Positions 13,611-23,840 of a stretch of 64,000 nt of DNA are shown one piece after another; the first letter of the stretch is position 1, and the number at the start of each line of letters is the position of its first letter. The notes below the pieces were generated by a model. That model was given only the letters and a program-made list of their open reading frames with translations. It was not told the DNA's origin and ran no database searches. Where the stretch lies: positions 372,001-436,000 of the forward strand of contig NW_002060954.1 of NCBI RefSeq assembly GCF_000150275.1. The letters are read 5' to 3'. Origin of the DNA: Trichoplax adhaerens (taxonomy: Eukaryota; Animalia; Placozoa). The translations under genes were made by a program, and so were the position numbers.

Positions 13611-16600
13611 CTACCCTTCTTCAATCTTGTGTTCTTGTTTCTGATTTAAGTGCCAAAGCTTGTTTTCGTACGCTTCCGCAGCTGTTTTCCAACGTAAAAG
13701 TTTAATTTCAGCATCTATCGAGATTGGAGCATATTCTACTTTGCCATTTACGGTCTCTTCTTCAATATCTACCTTCTGGCCAACTGTAACTTTTTTATTT
13801 TTTTCCTCATTTTTTAAACTTTTACTTGATTTATTACTGGATGCATTACTCTGCGCTTTATGATTTGATTTTTCGTCTACTCTTAGTACGTTGTGAGCTA
13901 TACCTCGATTCACTGGGTTTATTTCATTACCCCTTTCTTCTTCTTTACTAAAGCTTGGTCGACGCATTTTGTTTCCATCGTCGGTTTTTTTTTCAGCTAA
14001 TAATAGTGTTTTATCACTCGAATCTCGCCTCTTGTTCAGGCGTTGTCCAATTGGGAATTCAACTTCTGTAGACTCTCTTCTTTTCGCATTACGCTTATTC
14101 GTATCGATAATTTCGACAATGGGAGCATCTATAGCCACTGCCTCCATATCTTGTTCTAATGCTTTCATTGGCCCTTCGTTATCCAAATTTGTACAAATAC
14201 AGTTTGCATGAACAGACATCTCACCATCCCATAAAGATACTAACGATAAATGTGTCTTAGCTATGCATTTCTTTTCTACTGGTGTATAGAAAAGATTACG
14301 TTCATCTGTTTGCTTTTTATCCTTTTTCCGTCCCCGCTTGACATCCTTTGCATGATCTTTTTGATAATCTTTGTATTCTTTATCTTTTTGGGTTTCCCTA
14401 TCTCTTAGATGATCCTATAGTATATAAGTATTCATTAGATCAGTCTTCGCAACAGAAAATTTGATAGCATAAAAGATAGCTCAATCTTTTTCCATTGACG
14501 AAGTCCTAATACCCATTAAACATAATACTAAAATTTATAAATTAGTCAATATGGCAACTTTACTATAGGGGAAGTCCAACCTTATCGCGATCTTTTATTG
14601 TTTTGATACGAACACCATCTTTTTTAGTTTTGACTTGTAATTTTTCATTCCTAGATCCAGTTGATGAAGTACTTCTTGGTCTATGAAGGGTGTCTGCGGT
14701 ATCAATATCCTTTGTAGGTTCATATCTGTTCTTAGCATAATTGATTGCATCAACTTCGTCTAAAAAGCCATATCGTCGACTTTCTATGACAGCCAATGTT
14801 ATTCCTTGAGCAAAGTAATCGCGAAGATGTGCCAAATCATAGCATGTAAATAAATATTCAAAGGCATAATTCATTCTCTCAGACCAAATATGTCCCTGAG
14901 TTGATGCACTGTGGACACTAGTTGGAAGAAAACTTATACCGTCAAGAGCTACCCAAGTTTTGCTCGCTTGTATTCGTTTTTCTGAAGGATTCTGAATTTC
15001 GCCTGACTCAGAATCATTAATGTTACATTTTTCAGCTACTCTAGAATCCATTATCCAATCCGTTAACGGATAACCACTTTCGTCAATTAAAAATTTACTG
15101 GGCTGAAGTTGAACAGCTTCAGGTACAAAAGTTTCTGATTTTAGTGCTCCATCAGAATTTTCACCGTCCCTTCCATCTGCGTCTAACTTTCTTAATCTTG
15201 GCGATTCCTTATATAAATGATACGTTTTAGATCAGTAGATAATAAAGGCTATTTCATTAATTATGCGTCAATGAATTATGTTAAAGCAAAGATATCGGAA
15301 GAAACATAGAATGTAAACCTGTCTTTTTTGTCTTCGTTTATCTTGATAGTCTTTACGTTGCCTCCTACGATCGTGCTTTCTTGAGATAGCTTCCGGGTTT
15401 TCATCTAAGCCTAGGGGCTTGCACACTCTACCATAGTGCAGATACAGGTTTTGATCGTTTGTTGGTTGATTACTTTCGGGGATAGTAAACTCAACTGAAT
15501 ATTTGTATTCGATAACGGGGTATGGAATATGAGGTTCACAACCCTATAATTCATAAAAAGTTATTGTACTACTGTCTCATAATGATACGGATGAATTGTG
15601 ACGGCAAAGGTTGACATTAGAGAAATTATTTTCAAAATGCTTTACTTTATGTTATTAATTAATTTTTCTATCAAATTTCAATGCTACCTTTAATTCTTCC
15701 GGCATTCTTAAGTTATTCAGCAAATTTATACATACAAGTACGCAAGCACCGTTGAATAAAGGATCTGCAGTAATATGTTAATTAGTTAGTCTTATTACGA
15801 GTGTATAACTTATTAGCAAAAATATGAAAACTATTCCTGCTATCGTAAATTTTAGAAATACATTTTTTTATTAAATAGCATGTTGAAGTTCACGTGTATG
15901 ATTTTCTTAGTATAAGAAATTATTTATACTGAGATCAACCTTGACATTTAGATATTCCCTTGTAATGATGTTTCTCATCAGCAGTAATCAGAATGTCATC
16001 CAGAGATGTCAAGCTACGAATCGCATCAATGAAGGCTCCACGATATGCTGGTGAAAACTATTACGAATAATTATGATATAATATACAAGTCATTATAAAA
16101 TATATTAATATGCATTTTATAAATCAATGAATCTTAATAGATTTAGCTTTTCTCATAGCATGATCTTACAGAAAGCGGATTTCCTTGTAGAACCAAATTA
16201 CGAAGTTTTGGCAGCAACGCTAGAGTTGCCATAACGTCAGGCAAGTTAGTTAAATTGTTATAACTTAAATCCAGTGACAATAAGTGAGGCCTAAGCATCA
16301 AATCGAAACGTTTTTCGTTAACTAACTGAGCAAACATAGTATTTATTTTTCGAGATACCGTAATGTTGGTTGTTAAGTGGGATCTTACCATGAGTTAGAA
16401 CTGAAATAATTTCGTAGAGATGATATACGATTGTAACCAAGACCTAGGTGTCGCAAAGGCAAGGGATGTCGACATAATGATGTCAAATCGCTGATTTGGT
16501 TCGCACACAGCTCTAGTACCTGCATATTAAGTGACATTAAGCAATAAGATATTTTAGATCGCAATGATTATGATCAGATTTCAGTAAGTGATAAACAAAA

Positions 16601-18251
16601 CTGAAAAACATCAATAAAAAATTAACAACGCCTGCAAAATCACAAAATTACTTTGCTCTGGAAGATAACATACCTGTAAGGACTTAGGCAAATTTTTAGA
16701 TTCTATTGTGACCAAATTGTTGGCACTTAAGGTAAGTTCTTCCAAACTGACTAATTGTAGCATTCCTTCATCAATTTGCGTGATCTAAAAGCATTATGGA
16801 AAACCAGCATATGAGTTTGTTGTAACATCTTGTTTAACGTGATAAACAATGGACTAGAAATGTTGCTTGCAGAATCGATTAAAAATCTGTATTTATAATC
16901 GACCACCATTATGGTAATTAGAACTTTGTAAGATGAAATTGAATTGTTAAAAAGAAATAGTAGTTCCAAGATGCTAATAATTACCATATTAACTAATGAA
17001 TATGAAATAAATAAATAACGTTATAGCACCTTGTTCGCATTTTTTTATAACTTACGAATAGAGAAAGACGATGTAGATAAAGAGATGCAGTAAGTATCAT
17101 TGTTTATTATACATTAAGATACATTAATTGTATTGAACTTCAATTCTGGATACTAGATATAATTCAATTAAATGAAATCTTTATCTTACTTTCTCATCTA
17201 CAAAGCGTAAGGTTTTAAAATAGCTTCTAATAAATTCATCATCAATTAGCCATGGAGACTTAATTGCTAATTCTCGTAGCTCAGACGCTTCACGACTCCA
17301 CTTGAAATCATGGTTCCACACCTTACTCTTGATTAGTTCTTTAAGAGAGTCTTTAGATTCATAGTGGATTACTTCTCCTAGAAATCATTTTTAGTATGTT
17401 ACTATTTGTACTGTACTGTCGCATGATAGTCCTCGTTACTATTGGTTAGAGAACTACACTTTAACGTTGGTGTTTATACTATTACAGTAGTTTTTAGACC
17501 GAAGCGTCTGTACTAAATGGGTGAATAAAATCATTAAAAACTTATGTTACAAGAATAGTCGCTACTAAGAGAATCAATTGAGTAATATGCGCATACAAAC
17601 AGGTAAAAATAATTGTTCGAGTTAATCGAAACATTTTAATCAAATCTAAAATTTACCTTTGGAATACTTCTTCCTTTCCCTTTGAGTCTGTATTATATAT
17701 AGGCACGCATACGGGTAATTATAAGAAATTAAAGAAATGGTAAGAATAAATAAAATCATTATTTACGTTATTATATGTTTGCGATAGAAGTACCTCACAA
17801 AGTAACTGTCTCAGTCAATATAGAATTTAGAGAAAAGGCTTTTATTACAGAGTTGAAGCATAGCAGAGCAATAATTCAAGAATCTGATATAAAGTATTCT
17901 GAGTTCAAAGAAGTGAAGTCTAGTTTACTCCAAGCTCATCTCTGCAGTTCTTAAGTACTTTTTGGTTTAATCAATTTACGGCAATAATTTGTTGCCTATA
18001 ATCAGATTTGAGTCACGAAACAGAAGACTTTTCCTCAAATAGATCATTACTATGTTTTGCGAATCAATCTGCTTAAGAATATTATTAATCTTCTTTTAAT
18101 GTCCAATACAGTGCTTAGACTCGTAAATTACAATATTTGACCATAGCTTATGGTCTGTACGTACCCATTGACTGTATTCGCATGGAAAATCACGAAGACA
18201 TAACGAATTCAATCTGGCTCGAAACACTTCCGAACTCGGAGTTGCAGCCAT
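13611..18251 (-). CDS. LRRC43: Leucine-rich repeat-containing protein 43
   Basis: Exon 18251-18165 MAATPSSEVFRARLNSLCLRDFPCEYSQW; exon ~17377-17190 ...LRELAIKSPWLIDDEFIRSYFKTLRFVDEK; ITQIDEGMLQLVSLEELTLSANNL; VLELCANQIS...LRHLGLGYNRI; LLSLDLSYNNLTNL...LRNLVLQGNPL; YRGAFIDAIRSLTSLDDILITADEK. These follow vertebrate LRRC43 colinearly as I recall it (LCLREFPCG, LRELAI, YFRSLRVIDK, LEELVLSAN, LVLQGNPL, YRG..ID). Later exons ~15766-15688, 15544-15319, 15208-14582 and 14414-13611. The micro-exon between exons 1 and 3 is uncertain. Confidence 0.9.
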
Positions 18252-18339
18252 ATTTCACGTTGCATAGCAACAATTTTGATTGCCACCCGACACGCACGCG
18301 TATTTAAACCTGTAATTTGTAGTTGGTTATAGTGCAGAT

Positions 18340-18556
18340 TGTACAGTACTGTACAGTATACTGTACACTGTACTGTACTGTACTGTACAGTACAGTACAG
18401 TACTGTACAGTACTGTACACTGTACACTGTACAGTAAAGTACTGTACTGTACAGTACTTTAGAGGTAAAAAAGGCTCTTTTTTTAGTTCTACTGTACTGT
18501 ACAGTACTGTAGATTGTAAAACTGTAATCACTGTACTGTACTGTACAGTACAGTAT
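18340..18556. repeat. Palindromic (TACTG)n/(CAGTA)n pentamer array in the LRRC43/RPL23A bidirectional promoter
   Basis: Dense GTACT/AGTAC units, with a perfect 34-bp palindrome at 18370-18403. Lies between the divergent ATGs at 18251 (-) and 18622 (+). Confidence 0.9.
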
Positions 18557-18584
18557 GTGACAAGTATCAGGTGAACGTTCAGAA

Positions 18585-18606
18585 TTTTCTTTTCCAAACT
18601 TTTCTC
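18585..18606 (+). promoter_or_regulatory. Polypyrimidine TCT/5'TOP-like initiator of a ribosomal protein gene
   Basis: ttttcttttccaaacttttctc lies 15-37 nt upstream of the RPL23A ATG. Animal ribosomal protein genes typically initiate in such tracts. Confidence 0.6.
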
Positions 18607-18621
18607 AGCGAAAGAGACCTC

Positions 18622-20934
18622 ATGGCTGCTAAGAAGCAAAGTGGACAAAAGGGTATGTGGTCAGCCGAATCTTATTTTCGTATATTATTTTACTCAAAAT
18701 AGAAAATTTTAATCCGAATGTTATTATTAAAAGATTTTTGTTATATTGTTGCGAATCTAAACAAGATTTCAGCTATAAAGCTTTCACGGCCGTGTCGTGC
18801 CGTTGTTGTACGATTTCCCATGCAGTATTTTTTTTACTATACTCTATACTGTCCATACAGTACTGTTAACATCGTTACGAGAACTAATCCACACGTGTGC
18901 TTGCTAGCAGCTAAAAAGTTTAATTAATTAACTAATGCGTATTGAACGTAGCTATATAACATGTGATATGAATGAACAGCTTAAATTTTAAGCCGATTAG
19001 TGTCGTGCAATCACTTATTCACCGTTGTTGCATCACACTCAAAGAATCTAATAAACTTTTACTATACAGTATACTGTACACGATACGCTACTTGTATATG
19101 CTATTATTGAGTTGGCAATGCAGTATTTGTGGAGGGCCTGTAGTCAAGTACCATACGTGAATCACTACATCATAAGAATTCTACCTCAAAATTTTCGTAG
19201 TACAGCATAATACTAAATTTACCTTTCTATAAATCGCGATCCCAGAAAAATAAAACATAAAGGCCGTTCAGTGTCTGCTTATTGCGAAACTGTAAGTTTC
19301 ATAGTAGAAGTAAATGATTAAAATCCGATCAAATCTTCAACATAGATAGTATTTACGCGCACCTTAATTACTAAATATCGTAACTCATTATATTTAGAGT
19401 TGGGATATTTATTCGTAGCTGTGAAAATACTCACTATGTTATTGCCAAATCTTATGTTAAAATGATGGACTGCACATATGACAGTACAGTGTCATGAAAA
19501 TTTAGACTTCATTGTTACTTAGTTAGTTAGTATAAGGTTCGCTGGCGCTCATCCGTTGCATCTTTCAGTATCTGTTTTAAGGTTTACTTTTCAATTTACT
19601 GCTTTATACAGTACTATGTGAAACTGAGGGTAGTTGGTTGCCCTCGATGCAGCTGTATCAAATTTATTCATACATAAAGCTATTTTTAAAGTACTGTAAT
19701 ATGACTTAGCGCTTTAGCGCGCCTTGATAACTGTGTATGCAGTAGTTATACATTCCTTGAAGTGACTGAATATGTCAAGCTGACCTACAGTATACTCGAT
19801 TCCAAATTTACTAAATTGCGTTACGCAGATTTCTATTTATGATATATCTGCTTTCATGATTCTGATTCATAGAACATTATAATGTTCACCGAGTTCCTTA
19901 ATCAAACATTATGGTAATACGTATGAACTATTTATTATACTGTAGACTTTGGTTCGGCTTTAATTAAACTTAAATGCGCATACCATATCTGTTGTATCGC
20001 TAGTCGCAGTGCAATCGTTACAAATTCTTTTGTTGATTGATGACTTAAGTAAATTATGGGAAGGTTTTGGACAAACACACGATGCGGCAGAGCGATATTC
20101 TCAACGCACTGTCTCTAATTTAGTGCCATTGTTTAATAGCATACCTATGCGTATCACAATTCCGAATATTTTTATGCATATCTGTCTTTTGAACTAGTAT
20201 TTGAAGAACTTCTCGATATTCGCATTTTAGTATCCGTGCGATGTTCGACAATTGTGAAATAGAATCTGTCCAGGAAATAGGATTAAATGTTGCAAATTCA
20301 AAACTTACCAGATGCTATTCATTTATGATCAATGATAGGTTCCAATACGGCAAAAGCCTTGAAAGCGAAAAAATCGGTGCTAAAGGGCACTAATAATAAA
20401 GGAACAAGAAAAGTTCATAACAAAGTTAGATTTTATCGGCCAAAGACTTTCAAGCCTCGTAGAAATCCTAAATATCCTCGTCGATCTGTTCCTCTCACCA
20501 GGAGTTTAGATCAATATGGAATTATCAAGTACCCTTTGACTACCGAATCTGCTATGAAGAAAATTGAAGACAACAACACCCTCGTTTTTATTGTTGATAC
20601 AAGGGCCAGTAAGCCAAAAATTCAGGCTGCCGTTAAGAAATTGTATGATATCGATGCTGCTAAAGTTAATACCTTGATTAGGTAAGATCGCTTCTGTTGT
20701 CAGACTTAAAGTGTTAGCCTATTGCTACCTCATACCAACAAGGATCTTACTGTATGAATGTGAACGCTCTATGATTCTCTCTTTAGGCCGGACGGAGCGA
20801 AGAAAGCATACGTCAGATTAACTTCAGATTATGATGCCCTGGACGTTGCTAATAAGGTAGAACTGTTGCTATTGGAATAATAGAAATTTACACGATCTAA
20901 GTATATTTTCTTCTTCTAGATTGGAATCATTTAA
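18622..20934 (+). CDS. RPL23A: 60S ribosomal protein L23a (uL23)
   Basis: Exons 18622-18652 ([10 protein letters not shown]), 20339-20681 (...[11 protein letters not shown]...[26 protein letters not shown]...AKVNTLIR), 20787-20856 ([23 protein letters not shown]) and 20920-20934 (IGII*). All phases are consistent; AATAAA at ~20989. Confidence 0.98.
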
Positions 20935-22429
20935 ATAAGTAATCGTACTCGAAATAACTGGTGTGTCTGCATCGAATCTGATACGATCAATAAACTTTTA
21001 AATCAAAAATACTGCAGCATTTTTTGTGTAATTTCTATAAGATTTAATTCTGAATTGAATTTATGGCTATAAGATTTACTGCATATTTTCTTCACTAAAA
21101 TAGGTGAGACTTAAACGTTTAAAGTCGACAACATTGAGTGCAATATTAACACTACAACTTAATCTCAGTAACTCATAGTACACAGATAGCATAACATGCT
21201 GCAGCCATCAATTATTACTGATTTAAGAAAGGAAATCCTTTTAATAATCTTGCGTACAATACGCTTGTTTAAGCTAAACAATGGAATGTCATGCCTTCTA
21301 TGTCGTTACCATCACCCTTTTCATCTAGTCAACCCAGACTATACGCATACTTTACTGCAATCTAGAAATTTTACATTTACAGTAGCACGGTATTTAGGGT
21401 CAACGTAGTAGTATAATCATGATTGATATTACGCTATGCGAATCTAGGTTAACACTGCAATTTTTTGTATGAAGAGGTGACTATGAGACGATTTGTACTG
21501 TTCTGTACCTCGCCTACGCGACTTGATTTAACATTGTACATTAGCGCATAATCCTACAGTGTACGTCGTATATGCAATGCAGGATTCGGCTAGTCTGTAA
21601 ATAAAATTTATAAAATGTCATCCGAAGCGATAATTTCGTACTGAGCGCAACCCATTAACTTAATCAAGTCATAGACACGCATATAGTTTTCGGTGATATA
21701 TTAATTTTTGAACTGTAGCAACTCTAAAGATAAAATATTTAATATTTAAATACAGAAAATTTAATATGCTACTGAATATTTTTGCTTATTTTGCGCTAAA
21801 GAAATACTAAAAAATATTTCAATTTACTTGGAATAAATTTTAGAAACCATGTACGAAGGTCTATCATATTAATTACTCTAGAAAGTTGCTCAATAATATA
21901 TAATTGATTAATTTTAACGTCGAAGAGAATTATATTGAAACTATATATATACTCTGTGTTGTATTTTTGCCTTACAGATTTAGTATAAGTCGTTTAAACT
22001 AGATTTAAGCAGAACAATAGTCTACCAGACTTAGTAAATCTGTAAAGCATTGTGTAGTTAAGTGAATAAATCATACATTGCAATATCGCAATCTTTCCTG
22101 GGTCGTTATAGAATGTACAGTGTACACTGTACGTATGTGTTACAAATTTTAAATAGGGTTTAGTTTTTTTCGAATGTAGCAGACTGGTATGGTTTTACCA
22201 GTTACCTGTAACGTAATGTATTACCGATTGTAGCATGTATCGCCAGTGTGGGTATCTATATCGGTGAGCAGTCTTACAATAGTGGTGCATACGGTCCTAT
22301 TCAGATCCTCATATTTGTTTAAATAAAAAGTGCAGTAATGTCAAACTGTCATAGTAATTAGAATGCTAATCTTATTAACTGTAAGTAACAGGTACAGTAC
22401 AGTACAGAATTCACAAGTGTGCCCTCAAC

Positions 22430-22467
22430 CATGGACTACCTGCTATTGGTGTATCTAGTAGTCCATG
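22430..22467. mobile_element. 38-bp miniature inverted-repeat element (perfect 10-bp TIR CATGGACTAC; 7-bp TSD-like flanks)
   Basis: catggactac-N18-gtagtccatg, flanked by cctcaac (22423-22429) and cttcaac (22468-22474). Same terminal motif as the element at 29900. Confidence 0.6.
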
Positions 22468-22972
22468 CTTCAACTCGTATAATTCTGTGAATGGCTACTA
22501 AGTCCTCATCCGCTGACTCTTCGAACCGTCCAATAATCTGACATATTGCAATCAAACATTACTTCGTTACTTTCTATTAAACAGTAAAATGAATACAGTA
22601 TACGCGCTGTAACTTGTAACGCTTACTGCAGTATTTGAAAATACGATATTATAAACGTCCAATACACTATTTTACTGAGTACAGTACTGTACGGTACATG
22701 ATTTGATTCGACCGCAAATTCAGAAATACAGTAAATCAAATCAAATCAAATTCTAATTATTACAGTCACACACCTGCGAAAATCAAACCATAAATCAAGA
22801 TACTATCGCCTAATTCGAGATATTTTAGTATCAAATCATATTAATACGTTTGTACGTGTGTCACGCTGTTATACACTATTTATAATTTATAATTATGATA
22901 ATAATTAAATTATTAACTTAAAACAGTACTACTGTATATTTCGCGAAATTTCCACCTGTTTCGAGCCTGACT

Positions 22973-23200
22973 GACAGTACTGTACTGTACTGTACTGTAC
23001 TGTACATACGCGTACGGTACTGTACTGTATACTGTACTGTACAGTACAGTAAGCTACAGTACTGTACTGGCTCGGCTACTGTAATGTACAGTACAGTAGG
23101 TACTGCACAGTGTACACTGGGCCATTCTTACTGGACCGTGACATACAGTACTGTACAGTGTACAGTACAGTATGTACGATACAGTACAGTATAGTACATT
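22973..23200. repeat. (TACTG)n/(CAGTA)n pentamer array (distal cluster upstream of SKA2)
   Basis: gacagtactgtactgtactgtactgtactgtaca... with many GTACAGTAC/GTACTGTAC units. Confidence 0.85.
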
Positions 23201-23451
23201 AAATCACCTACTAAATCAACTACTAACTACAGGCTTCAACTATAGTTTCATACTGCTTATCACGTTACTACAGTATCATTATATATTGTACTTACGAAAA
23301 TTGTAAAAAATTAAAACCCAATTTAAACGAGATTTTACGGTGCTTTGTCTGTTAAATTGAGACTACAGTACACGAAAGCATGATAGAAAACTTAATTTGA
23401 TCTATTTAATTTATTTATGAAGTTATAAATTACAGGTGATCCGTTAAGTGC

Positions 23452-23700
23452 ATACACAGTACAGTATACAGTAGTACGCGAAGTAGTGTACACTGTACTG
23501 TACCGTACAGTGTACAGTACAGTACAGTACAGTATAATGAGCGTGACTGTTAGAAAGTACTGTACAGCATGTACTGTACAGTACACTACTGTACTGTAGA
23601 GTGTACACTATACTGTACAGTACAGTACAGTACTGTACACTGTACAGTACAGTGAAGTGAGTGTGCAGTACAGCATACAGTACTGTGCTGTATACAGCGC
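23452..23700. repeat. (TACTG)n/(CAGTA)n pentamer array in the SKA2 promoter
   Basis: Dense array ending ~140 bp before the SKA2 ATG (23841); a short echo occurs in intron 1 at ~23950-23980. Confidence 0.85.
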
Positions 23701-23840
23701 TGTCAATAATATGTGATAGCGCACGCGTACATTTTCATCAGTTTTACAATCTTTTTAGCGGGCATTTTTAATAAGGATTTCTATTAATAATAATAATAAT
23801 AACTGTTAACTTTTTAATTTAAAAGTCAAATCAAACCAAA

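Noticed and set aside
13611-13620. LRRC43 last exon splicing on into the smoothelin exons as one giant gene
   Set aside because: The donor is weak, and the smoothelin-like gene has its own ATG exon (7608) and a self-contained domain architecture.
18340-18556. Pentamer arrays as CRISPR or telomeric repeats
   Set aside because: No constant repeat with unique spacers and no cas genes, in a eukaryotic context. The arrays are degenerate, switch strand and are interstitial.
18209-18648. ORFs rich in YCTVQ/YSTVL (18209-18427, 18304-18648, 18323-18574; also 23392-23586)
   Set aside because: Translations of the stop-free pentamer repeat in promoter DNA, open on both strands; not genes.
19461-19520. 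AATGATGGA resembling a box C/D snoRNA 5' end in RPL23A intron 1 (also TGATGA at ~20038)
   Set aside because: No suitably placed CTGA D box with terminal stem or recognisable rRNA/snRNA guide.
19620-19653. gaaactgaggg...ccctc as a hammerhead ribozyme core
   Set aside because: Lacks CUGAnGA followed by stem II and GAAA in the correct order.
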